This document shows positions 54,428 to 63,019 of a stretch of DNA of 64,000 bases, one piece after another. Made by a program: the position numbers and the translations under genes. The stretch spans positions 12,407-76,406 of the forward strand of contig CALXAT010000003.1 of assembly GCA_944386365.1 (NCBI GenBank), in the 5' to 3' direction. The notes under the pieces are model-generated. The model did not search any database and was not told the origin of the DNA. It was given only the letters and a program-made list of their open reading frames with translations. Numbering within the stretch: position 1 is the stretch's first letter; each line of letters begins with the position of its first letter. This stretch comes from an uncultured Clostridia bacterium. Lineage in GTDB: Bacteria > Bacillota > Clostridia > TANB77 > CAG-508.

Positions 54428-54560
54428 TTTGGCTTCACCACTTTCTTAATTTATATAGGCTACTTCATCTTTTTTGATTATATCATAAGGTTTTAAAAAA
54501 AGCATTATATTCTAATAATTTTTTCAGGTAATTTAAAAGAATTGTAAAGGTTTAAAACCG

Positions 54561-54602
54561 TAATAAAAACACAGTATATTTATAAAATTTATAAATATAC
54601 TG
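54561..54602 (-). terminator. Rho-independent terminator of the pilus operon
   Basis: 15-bp arms CAGTATATTTATAAA / TTTATAAATATACTG (54572-54602), followed on the minus strand by TGTTTTTATTA. Confidence 0.7.
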
Positions 54603-54640
54603 CATTTTCATCATGATTTATATTATTGAGCTCAATAAGT

Positions 54641-54683
54641 TCTGTCCCCTTTGTTTCATTTTGAAACGATTTGACACGTCCCC
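54641..54683 (-). repeat. 43-nt intergenic element, copy B (40/43 identical to 1131-1173)
   Basis: + strand sequence is tctgtcccctttgtttcattttgaaacgatttgacacgtcccc. It starts 2 nt after the pilC stop in transcript orientation. Confidence 0.8.
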
Positions 54684-54685
54684 AA

Positions 54686-56032
54686 TTAAACACCATATGC
54701 TGAGAATAAGAAATTTCCCATATAGACTTGAACACATGGAACTAATACAACTAGTACAAAGAAGATTAATACAACTCCAACGATTGCATATACTACTTGT
54801 GGCAATACCTTCATGATCTTTTCCATAATATTATCTATATCGATTTGCATATATTCTACTAGTTTTTCCATCATTTCTGCTAAGTCTGTTTGCATACCGA
54901 TTTTTAACATTTCTGTTATCATTGATTTTGCTAAACCAGATTCCTCAAATGGTTCTATCCAAGAACTACCTGTTAGCATATTATTAATAGAAGTTTCTAT
55001 CATAGATAGCATTACATAGTTTTTAATTACATTTTTACTTACTTCTATAGAATCTTGTATTCTCATTCCATTTCTTAAATTTAACAACATTGCTTTTAAA
55101 AATCTTGAAAAATCAAGCGCGAATATCAATTCCCCGAATATTGGCATTTTATATTTAAAATAGTGAAAATTATATTTTCCTTTTGGTGTATTAATATAAA
55201 ATAATATAATTCCTGCCACCACTACCAATACAATGACTGGTACATACCAATAAGCAATCATCACATCAACTACATCTGCAAACCATAAGGTAATTGCTGG
55301 AAGTTGTTCATCTGTTCCTAATTCATCAAATATTCCTTGAATCGTAGGTATTGCGACTAATGTTCCTACAAAAAGCATTACTAAAAGTAATACAAATTGT
55401 ACAATATTTGGTATTAAGATAGATCTCAATTTTCTATTTAAAGCATCTGTTTCATCTAAATATTTTACGGCTTGTTCTAGGGAGTTAGTAAGTGAACCTG
55501 ATAATTCTCCTACTTTTATCATATTCACATAAATATATGGAAATACATTTGAATAATATTCCATTGTTGTATAAATATTTTCACCCGCTTCAACACCAGC
55601 TAATATATCTTCCAATATTCCCTTAAAAGATACATTTTCTGTACTTTGAATAATTGTTTCCAAAGCATGTATATTATTAAAGTTAGCTTTCTTTAATAAA
55701 TAAAAGTTTTGTGTAAATATCATAATATCTCTATTGGTAATTTTTTCTGTTTTCGCAAAATAAAGATTAATTTTTTCTTTTGTTGTTAGTTGTTTAGCCT
55801 TACTTTTACCTATATTAGTTGTATTTACATTTTTCATGATTTCTTCTATATTGGTAATATTCTTTTTAGCTTTTTTTTGTTGTTTACCTATATATCTAAT
55901 TTGCTCCACATCTATTGGTAACAATCCATTGCTTTTTAATGTTTTTAACAATGTCTGCTTACTAGGTGATTCTATTTTATTTCTTACAACTAATCCAGAT
56001 TTCGTCATAGCTCTATATACATAAGTTGGCAT
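54686..56032 (-). CDS. pilC: Type IV pilus platform protein PilC (GspF/T2SSF family)
   Basis: 448 aa with two T2SSF repeats and 3 TM helices. AAGGAGG lies ahead of the ATG. Confidence 0.9.
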   Translation of the reverse strand: MPTYVYRAMTKSGLVVRNKIESPSKQTLLKTLKSNGLLPIDVEQIRYIGKQQKKAKKNITNIEEIMKNVNTTNIGKSKAKQLTTKEKINLYFAKTEKITNRDIMIFTQNFYLLKKANFNNIHALETIIQSTENVSFKGILEDILAGVEAGENIYTTMEYYSNVFPYIYVNMIKVGELSGSLTNSLEQAVKYLDETDALNRKLRSILIPNIVQFVLLLVMLFVGTLVAIPTIQGIFDELGTDEQLPAITLWFADVVDVMIAYWYVPVIVLVVVAGIILFYINTPKGKYNFHYFKYKMPIFGELIFALDFSRFLKAMLLNLRNGMRIQDSIEVSKNVIKNYVMLSMIETSINNMLTGSSWIEPFEESGLAKSMITEMLKIGMQTDLAEMMEKLVEYMQIDIDNIMEKIMKVLPQVVYAIVGVVLIFFVLVVLVPCVQVYMGNFLFSAYGV

Positions 56033-56054
56033 TTTTACCTCCTTTTATTTTCCA

Positions 56055-57161
56055 TTAATTTTTACTTGTGCTTTTTCTTATTTTTAATTGCATAATGGTT
56101 CTATTTAGAATTTCTACATTTTTCTCCTCTATTTGTGATTTAGCTTGATCTAAAGTAATTTTATCTTCTACAAATAGTTCTGCTAATGAATTAATTAATC
56201 CTATGCTTCCTTTTTCTAAATTACTTTGTATAGCATCTTCTATTTCTGATACACTTAATTTATCTTTTCTAATAATTCCAGCTACTACATTATCTACTAC
56301 CATAACCTCTGGAACCAAAACCAATTTTCCACTTGTACCTTTTAATAATCTTTGTGAAACAACTAATTTTAGTAATGCAGATAATAAATACTTAATACTT
56401 GATTGATCTCTAACTTCATAGAAGTTTATCATTCTATCAATTGTTTCTGCACAAGATTTTGTGTGTAATGTTCCAATAACAAGATGTCCTGATTCAGCCA
56501 TTTCAATTGCAGCTTCCATTGTTACTTTATCCCTAATTTCTCCTATTACTAGAATATCACAATCTTCTCTTAAAGAATTCTTTACACCATCACTAAAAGT
56601 TAATACATCTCTTCCTTTTCCTACTTCTTTTTGTACAATTAACGATTTCTTAGAATGATGTTTATACTCGATTGGGTTTTCTAATGTTAAAATCTTTTTA
56701 TTTTGATTTTCATTTATATAATCTATCATAGAATTTAATGTTGTACTCTTACCAGAATTTGTTTTTCCAGTAACCAATATTAATCCTTGAGGTTGATAGG
56801 TCATTCTTCTAACAACATCTGGTATTCCTAATGATTCATATGGTGGTAACTCATTTTTAATAAGTCTTAATGTACATGTAGGAATTTCATCTGAAGACGA
56901 AATATTTACCCTTAAACGTATATCTTTATATTCATAAGATAAATCTAATTTTTTTGTTGAATTATATACTTCATCTTTATCGATATTTCCTTTTACCAAA
57001 TAATCATATGCCTCAGCCATATCCTCCTCAGTAAGTTCTTTCATTTCCTCTATTGCAACTAGATCTCTTGCAATTCTAAGCATTGGTTTGTTACCACATA
57101 TCATGTGAACATCTGATGCATCTTTTTCCATTGCAATATCTAGAATTCTATCCATATTCAT
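56055..57161 (-). CDS. pilT: Type IV pilus retraction ATPase PilT
   Basis: Has ASDVHM, Walker A GKTNSGKST, and Asp/His boxes (VIGEIRD, GHLVIGTLHT). The ATG at 57161 lies 8 nt after GGAGG; the ORF track starts at 57188. Confidence 0.88.
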   Translation of the reverse strand: MNMDRILDIAMEKDASDVHMICGNKPMLRIARDLVAIEEMKELTEEDMAEAYDYLVKGNIDKDEVYNSTKKLDLSYEYKDIRLRVNISSSDEIPTCTLRLIKNELPPYESLGIPDVVRRMTYQPQGLILVTGKTNSGKSTTLNSMIDYINENQNKKILTLENPIEYKHHSKKSLIVQKEVGKGRDVLTFSDGVKNSLREDCDILVIGEIRDKVTMEAAIEMAESGHLVIGTLHTKSCAETIDRMINFYEVRDQSSIKYLLSALLKLVVSQRLLKGTSGKLVLVPEVMVVDNVVAGIIRKDKLSVSEIEDAIQSNLEKGSIGLINSLAELFVEDKITLDQAKSQIEEKNVEILNRTIMQLKIRKSTSKN

Positions 57162-57191
57162 ATATTTTTCCTCCTTAGCAATTTGCATAAA

Positions 57192-58823
57192 TTAGAAGAA
57201 CAATAACTTTTTATTTAATTCTTCTAATGTTGTTTCTCCTCTTAATACTTTTCTAATACCATCAACAATTAGTGGTCTATAACCTTCCTCTAATGCTTTT
57301 TTTCTGATTTCCATACTTGAAGCACCTGAAACAATTAACTCTTTTAATTCATCTGTAATATTCAAAATCTCAAAAATTCCAATTCTGTCATAAAAACCTG
57401 TGCCATTACAATAATCACAACCTAATGAATCATATGTTTTTATATTGCTCAAATCTACTGTTTCACCATATTTTTCTAGTATTGTTTTTATAATGTCTTT
57501 TTCTTCTTTTGTAAATTCTCTTTCACGTTTACATTTAGGACAAATTCTTCTAACAAGTCTTTGTGAAATAGCTGTTGCTAATGTACTAGCTATATCATAA
57601 TCTGAAACACCAATTTTTCTCAATCTATTAATAACTTCTATACTATCAATCGTATGAATAGTAGACAATACATAATGTCCCGTTTGTCCTGCTTGTACAG
57701 CTATTTCAGCAGTTTCTCTATCTCTAATTTCTCCTACTAAGATAATATCCGGATCTTGTCTTAATACTGTTCTCAATGCACCAGCAAAAGTTGTTCTGTT
57801 ATCAATTTCTATTTGGTTTAATCCAGGTATTCTAATTTCAACCGGATCTTCAATTGTCGTTATATTGATTTCTGGCTTATTTAAATAATCTATGATGCTA
57901 TATAAAGAAGTTGTTTTTCCTTCTCCTGTTGGCGCTGCAATAATTGTAATACTATTCCTTTTATTAATGCTTTTCTTAAATGCTTCTTCTTCTCCATAAT
58001 ATCCCAAATCAAATATATTTTTAATATTTGTATTTTTCTTTAACAATCTTAAAACAAATTTTTCTCCATATACATTTGGTTGTGAAGATACACGAATATT
58101 ATAATCTTCATAAAGTAATATTCTACCATCTTGTGATTCTTGTTTTTCCTGATGCATATTGGATATTGCTTTTAATCTTCCGATTAATTGATGTTGTTTT
58201 TCTTTATCTAAATTAGCTGCTGTAAATAATTCTCCATCAATTCTATATCTTACTCTAACAGAATTTGCCATTGGTTCAATGTGAATATCACTGGCTCTTT
58301 TTTCAATTCCTGTTTTTATAATGCTATCTACTAAATTGATAACCGTAACACCTGTCTCATTAATATCTGTATTAGCTTTTCCTTCTAAGGATTTTAATAT
58401 TTTAAGAATATCCTTTTCAAAGGTAATATAGGTTTCCATAATTAAACCTTTATTTAAAAACAATAATCTGATTGTTTCTATACTTTTTTTATTAACCGTA
58501 TTTGCAAAACATACCTTAATCTTTCCATTTTCTATTTCGAATGGAATGGCTTTATTTTTCTTAGCAATATCTAGAGAAATGTAATCTTCTATATTAATTT
58601 TTATAATGCCTCTACTTAATAGCATTCCTTTTTCCCCTAAAATATCTCCAATAGCCGTAATTAATATATAGGGATCACATACATTTAGCTCATATAAACA
58701 ATCTCCTATTTTTACATTGGGATGATTTCTTTGATATTCCAAAGCTCTTTCTATATCTTCTTCGCCAACAATTCCCCTTTTAACTAATTCAACGCCAATC
58801 GGTTGTCTTCTTTTTAATTCCAT
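57192..58823 (-). CDS. pilB: Type IV pilus assembly ATPase PilB (GspE family)
   Basis: 543 aa. Has Walker A APTGEGKTT, VGEIRD, and the tetracysteine motif CPKC...CDYC. Confidence 0.92.
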   Translation of the reverse strand: MELKRRQPIGVELVKRGIVGEEDIERALEYQRNHPNVKIGDCLYELNVCDPYILITAIGDILGEKGMLLSRGIIKINIEDYISLDIAKKNKAIPFEIENGKIKVCFANTVNKKSIETIRLLFLNKGLIMETYITFEKDILKILKSLEGKANTDINETGVTVINLVDSIIKTGIEKRASDIHIEPMANSVRVRYRIDGELFTAANLDKEKQHQLIGRLKAISNMHQEKQESQDGRILLYEDYNIRVSSQPNVYGEKFVLRLLKKNTNIKNIFDLGYYGEEEAFKKSINKRNSITIIAAPTGEGKTTSLYSIIDYLNKPEINITTIEDPVEIRIPGLNQIEIDNRTTFAGALRTVLRQDPDIILVGEIRDRETAEIAVQAGQTGHYVLSTIHTIDSIEVINRLRKIGVSDYDIASTLATAISQRLVRRICPKCKREREFTKEEKDIIKTILEKYGETVDLSNIKTYDSLGCDYCNGTGFYDRIGIFEILNITDELKELIVSGASSMEIRKKALEEGYRPLIVDGIRKVLRGETTLEELNKKLLFF

Positions 58824-58848
58824 CGTCCAAACCTCTCTTTCATAGTTT

Positions 58849-59298
58849 TTATTTTACTAAGGTATATGTCGTTACTCTTTCGAAATTGTCACCTTTTATT
58901 GTAACCGTTACTGTCGTTTTGTCATTTTCTTCTTTTGACTCAAAATCACAATCTGTTATATTTTCCGCAATTTTAACTGTATTCATATATATACCCTTAT
59001 TTTCTGGTATAAATGTGTATTGATTTCCACTTGAAAAAACAATATATTTTTGGTTTCCACTTTCGTCATCACTTTCGGTTTCTCCTATATCTAATATTTT
59101 ATTTCCTTTTCTATTGACTTCCTCTGCAAAATAGGAATTAAATTTTGTATATTGTTGATTCAAATCTTCACTTACAGAATTTATATCTACATTTTTATAA
59201 AAATAAGATGTCAAAACAGATATAACAGATACTACAATTAACATAACAATCACATATATAATTACAGATATTAAAGTAACTCCTTTTTCAGATTGCAT
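58849..59298 (-). CDS. Minor pilin-like protein (prepilin-type leader, Ser at +5)
   Basis: MQSEKG|VTLISVIIYVIVMLIVV, followed by a beta-rich domain. AAGGAG lies ahead of the ATG. Confidence 0.65.
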   Translation of the reverse strand: MQSEKGVTLISVIIYVIVMLIVVSVISVLTSYFYKNVDINSVSEDLNQQYTKFNSYFAEEVNRKGNKILDIGETESDDESGNQKYIVFSSGNQYTFIPENKGIYMNTVKIAENITDCDFESKEENDKTTVTVTIKGDNFERVTTYTLVK

Positions 59299-59309
59299 TT
59301 TCTATCTCC

Positions 59310-59717
59310 TTAATTATTTTTTGTAACAACAGTTGACAAATCAACTGTTTCAGTAGAATTACCGTCTTTGTAAGATATTTCTACTGTAACTTTTTTTACT
59401 AAACCAGGTACAAGCGTATCATTTTCTTTATTTTCTTCTAAATCTGCATAATCTGTTATTGTAATTTTTTTATGATACCCTGTATCTTCTATATTTTCTT
59501 CTCCTGCTAGTGTATCGATTGTATCAAAATCTGCTGCCTTTATTTTTTCTATTTCATTTATTGCATAATTGGTAGCTTCTGATCTTCTTTCTACAGATTT
59601 TGAATTTGAATTAATATTATATATCAGTGTAGCAATAATAGCTACAAACAGCGTTATGATAATGATTGAAACTGTAATATCAATACCTGTTATTCCTTTT
59701 TCACTCTTTATATTCAT
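59310..59717 (-). CDS. Minor pilin-like protein (prepilin-type leader, Asp at +5)
   Basis: MNIKSEKG|ITGIDITVSIIIITLFVAII from the ATG at 59717 (AAGGGA 7 nt upstream). The ORF track starts at a TTG at 59750. Confidence 0.6.
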   Translation of the reverse strand: MNIKSEKGITGIDITVSIIIITLFVAIIATLIYNINSNSKSVERRSEATNYAINEIEKIKAADFDTIDTLAGEENIEDTGYHKKITITDYADLEENKENDTLVPGLVKKVTVEISYKDGNSTETVDLSTVVTKNN

Positions 59718-59742
59718 AAATATCCCTTTCTTTAGTTTCTTA

Positions 59743-60558
59743 CTAAACAAAAAATTTATACCAAGCTAATACAAATAATAAATTGACAATATTTGACACA
59801 CCTAAATAAAATCCATAATCCACATCTTTGCCATAATTTTTTTCTTCTCTTCTAACTTTTTTCTTTATATTTTGTATTTTATGTAATAAAAGATTAATTG
59901 CGACAGCAAGTGATGTCATTATAATTGTATTGATCATCACATATTCTCCTGTAAATATTACCATCGTAATAGCTGTTAAGATAACACCATGAACATAACT
60001 ATTTTTAGCATATCTTTTTAAAGTTACGGTATCTAAGATTAATATAAGGATATAAAATACTAAATATATAATATATCTATATATACTATCCTTTTCTACT
60101 ATACATAGATATACTATATATGCTATAGATAGTAAAATACCATACATAGATATTGATTTTTCTATTTTTCTATTTTCTAAATCAATTCCTGCCATTATAA
60201 AAACAAAACACAAATAAAGTGCCATAAATGCACCCTCTGCCAATACAGTTACCTTTAAATTATCTATAGATATATTCATTAAATATGCTACTAATAAAAA
60301 TAGAACTCCTGATAATATTTCAATAATAAGATATCTAGGTCTGATTTTTTCTTTACAATATCTACATCTTCCTAATAAGAATATATAACTAAATACAGGT
60401 ATCAAGTCTAAAAAACCTAATTTATGATTGCAATTAGGGCAATAAGAATGTGTATGTGTTATATCTTGTCTCTTAGGTATTCTATATATAGCTAATGTAA
60501 AAAAACTACCAAATACAGTACCCATTATGAATATTAATATATATAGTAGTATATCCAT
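59743..60558 (-). CDS. pilD: Prepilin peptidase PilD (A24 family)
   Basis: 271 aa. Has the CPNC...CRYC zinc-finger region and a polytopic A24 core. Confidence 0.88.
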   Translation of the reverse strand: MDILLYILIFIMGTVFGSFFTLAIYRIPKRQDITHTHSYCPNCNHKLGFLDLIPVFSYIFLLGRCRYCKEKIRPRYLIIEILSGVLFLLVAYLMNISIDNLKVTVLAEGAFMALYLCFVFIMAGIDLENRKIEKSISMYGILLSIAYIVYLCIVEKDSIYRYIIYLVFYILILILDTVTLKRYAKNSYVHGVILTAITMVIFTGEYVMINTIIMTSLAVAINLLLHKIQNIKKKVRREEKNYGKDVDYGFYLGVSNIVNLLFVLAWYKFFV

Positions 60559-60635
60559 TTTTTCTCCTTTGCTAAAGTTTAAACTCTTTTCTTTTTATCT
60601 ATTTTTTATTATTTCTTTTTCCTTTTTTAATATTT

Positions 60636-60667
60636 AAGCCATACACACTTTAGTGTGCGTATGGCTT
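60636..60667 (-). terminator. Stem-loop just after the distal pilin gene (partial terminator or stabiliser, no U-run)
   Basis: AAGCCATACACAC / GTGTGCGTATGGCTT-type stem (one bulge) 13 nt after the pilin stop. Unusually GC-rich for this genome. Confidence 0.45.
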
Positions 60668-60679
60668 AAATTTATAGAA

Positions 60680-61219
60680 TTATGTTCTATCGGTTGTTAC
60701 AATTGATCCTATTTCAAATGTATTTCCTTTAACTCCTACATAAATCTCGATTTTTGCATTAGTTTTATTTGTTGCTGACTTATAATCATCTGTTTCATAA
60801 GTTATTTTTACACCTGTTGTATAACCAGCTGGTATACCATCTGTTCCTGTAGCTGCTACTTGTGTTGTTGGTTCTATAGTTTTATAACCTTTTGTTGTAG
60901 TTAGATCATTTCTTAATTGACCTATTACTGTTTCTTTTCCTGCAGTATCACTTGCTGTACCTAATTTATCTGCATCAGATGCTAACCATCCTGTTGATGT
61001 TTCAACTGCCTTTTGTTCTGCAAACATTTTAGCAGCTTGTACTGCTAAATTTACTTCCTCTTTTACTTGTCCCTCAATTTGTGAAACTTTAGCATTATTA
61101 GCTTGTGTTAAGATTCCATTATCACCTGTAAGCATTGCGATTGAAACTCCCGCTAAAATTAACAAAACAATAATTGTAATAACTAATGCAATTAATGTAA
61201 TACCTTTTTGATTTCTCAT
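60680..61219 (-). CDS. Type IV pilin, paralog 1 (Ala at +5)
   Basis: MRNQKG|ITLIALVITIIVLLILAGVSIAML. The ATG at 61219 was chosen by homology with paralog 2; the ORF track starts at 61237 inside the GGAGG. Confidence 0.75.
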   Translation of the reverse strand: MRNQKGITLIALVITIIVLLILAGVSIAMLTGDNGILTQANNAKVSQIEGQVKEEVNLAVQAAKMFAEQKAVETSTGWLASDADKLGTASDTAGKETVIGQLRNDLTTTKGYKTIEPTTQVAATGTDGIPAGYTTGVKITYETDDYKSATNKTNAKIEIYVGVKGNTFEIGSIVTTDRT

Positions 61220-61244
61220 TTTTATAAAATCCTCCATAAATATT

Positions 61245-61751
61245 TTATATCAAATCAATTACATCTGCTGCTGCTGATCCTCTAGTTGCTTTCATACTAG
61301 TAACTGTAAAATTATTTCCTGAAATAGTAATTTCTGCCACAATTTTAGCTGAACTATAATTTGTTGCAGCACTATAATCTGAACTTGTATATGTGATAGT
61401 CAATGTTCCTGTTCCTGCAGAAAATGCATAATTACTATTTAAATCATTTTTCATTTGCCCAATTACTGTTTCAGCATTTGCAGCATCAGTATTTGTTCCT
61501 ATATTACTTTGAGCTAACCATCCTGTTGATGTCTCAACTGCTTTTTGCTCTGCATACATTTTTGTTGCTTGTATAGCCAAATTAATTTCTTCCTTTACTT
61601 GTCCTTCGATTTGTGACATTTTAGCATTGTTGGCTTGTGTTAATATTCCATTATCACCTGTTAACATAGCAATTGAAACTCCTGCTAAAATTAATAAAAC
61701 AATAATTGTGATTACTAAAGCGATTAATGTAATACCTCTTTGGTTTCTCAT
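61245..61751 (-). CDS. Type IV pilin, paralog 2 (Ala at +5)
   Basis: MRNQRG|ITLIALV... The first 80 residues are 74/80 identical to paralog 1 and the C-terminal domain is divergent. AAGGAGG lies ahead of the ATG. Confidence 0.75.
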   Translation of the reverse strand: MRNQRGITLIALVITIIVLLILAGVSIAMLTGDNGILTQANNAKMSQIEGQVKEEINLAIQATKMYAEQKAVETSTGWLAQSNIGTNTDAANAETVIGQMKNDLNSNYAFSAGTGTLTITYTSSDYSAATNYSSAKIVAEITISGNNFTVTSMKATRGSAAADVIDLI

Positions 61752-61828
61752 TTTGTTTATCCTCCTTTTCTTTTGAAATAATTATATATATAATTTATGT
61801 TAAAAAACATAACGTTAATAACGAATTT

Positions 61829-62290
61829 TTATTTTGTTCCTTTGTCAGGAAAATATTGTGATCCTGAACTTGTTGTATTATTTGTGCTACTTGAACTATT
61901 AGAACTTCCTGAATTACTTGAAGTACTTGAACTACCTGAACCAGAATTGCTTCCTGTACTTCCACTATTTTGATTTGTATCTTCTCCTGAACTTGAAGAA
62001 GTATCATATGATGAAAATGGATTTGGTTTTCCTGGTACATACGTATTTATTCTTTCATAGTTATTTAAATCCGTAGCATCTATACTATATGTTAATATTA
62101 CTTGTTCATCGTCAACTCCGTCGCTTTTACTTAATTCCTCTTTTATATTTTCTGGAGTTGTATAAGATACCTCATCTGGTATAATCTTATTACTTGGTAC
62201 ATATTCATATAATAATACGCCAAGTACTAAAATAATTGCTAAACATAGTAATAACATAATAATAATTTCTTTTATAATTTTTTTAGTCAT
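61829..62290 (-). CDS. Pilus-cluster membrane-anchored protein with a Ser/Gly/Asn-rich tail
   Basis: 153 aa. Has an N-terminal TM helix and the C-terminal tail SSSSGEDTNQNSGSTGSNSGSGSSSTSSNSGSSNSSSSTNNTTSSGS. AAGGAG lies ahead of the ATG. Confidence 0.6.
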   Translation of the reverse strand: MTKKIIKEIIIMLLLCLAIILVLGVLLYEYVPSNKIIPDEVSYTTPENIKEELSKSDGVDDEQVILTYSIDATDLNNYERINTYVPGKPNPFSSYDTSSSSGEDTNQNSGSTGSNSGSGSSSTSSNSGSSNSSSSTNNTTSSGSQYFPDKGTK

Positions 62291-62304
62291 AATACACTCC
62301 TTTA

Positions 62305-63019
62305 CTATTTTGCTGTATTAGTTGAATTTGTTGTGTTAGTTGTATTAGTTGTGCTATTTGTGTTAGTACTATTGGTTGTATTCGTATTTGCTGTATTTTG
62401 ATCTGTATCACTTGTTGTTCTTGTGTCTATTGAAGATATACCTTCTATTGGTATATTCTTGCATACAAATGTTGCTTGTAATTCTGAAGTAGATGAACCT
62501 GCTTTCATTGAAAAATCTTCTATTTTAAAAGCTAAATCAGAATCATCTTCTATACTTCTTATAAATTCAGATATTCCTACATAACTTCCAACGGCTGTAA
62601 AATTGATATTATATACATCTTGTCCGCCTGTTCCGTTGTGTTAATGCCATATCTATATTGACTCCATTACTAGTTGCATGTGTACCTATTTCTGTCCATA
62701 AAAAATCTAAATTATAATTAGATAATTGGCTTGCTGTTTGGACATCACTTGTATCACTAACTGCAACCATATCTTCATAGGATTTCTTTTCTTCTTCTAA
62801 TTTTTTCATACTTGCATTCAAATCATTAACTTTGCCTGGAAAAGTAGAACTAGCCAATTTTGTGGCTTCAGTAACCGTTTCTTCTAAATTTGCATTTTCA
62901 TCTTGTATTTCTTTTATTCCCCAGACACTAAATCCTCCTATATGGATTCCACTGATAATCGTAAAAATGGTTAATGCTAACCCAAGTGCTATTAATATTA
63001 AAATTAATAATTTTTTCAT
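62305..63019 (-). pseudogene. PilO-like pilus assembly protein split by a frameshift between 62612 and 62640
   Basis: The N-terminal frame (63019-62609) ends ...GVNIDMALTQRNRRTRCI*. The other frame is open from 62640 and reads GTGGQDVYNINFTAVGSYVGISEFIRSIEDDSDLAFKIEDFSMKAGSS..., a typical PilO C-terminal pattern, ending in a Thr/Asn-rich tail. Confidence 0.7.

Noticed and set aside
61795-62040. An 81-aa ORF overlapping the 153-aa pilus-cluster gene.
   Set aside because: It is an alternative frame of the Ser-rich repeat tract (Gln/Val-rich artefact) with no SD.
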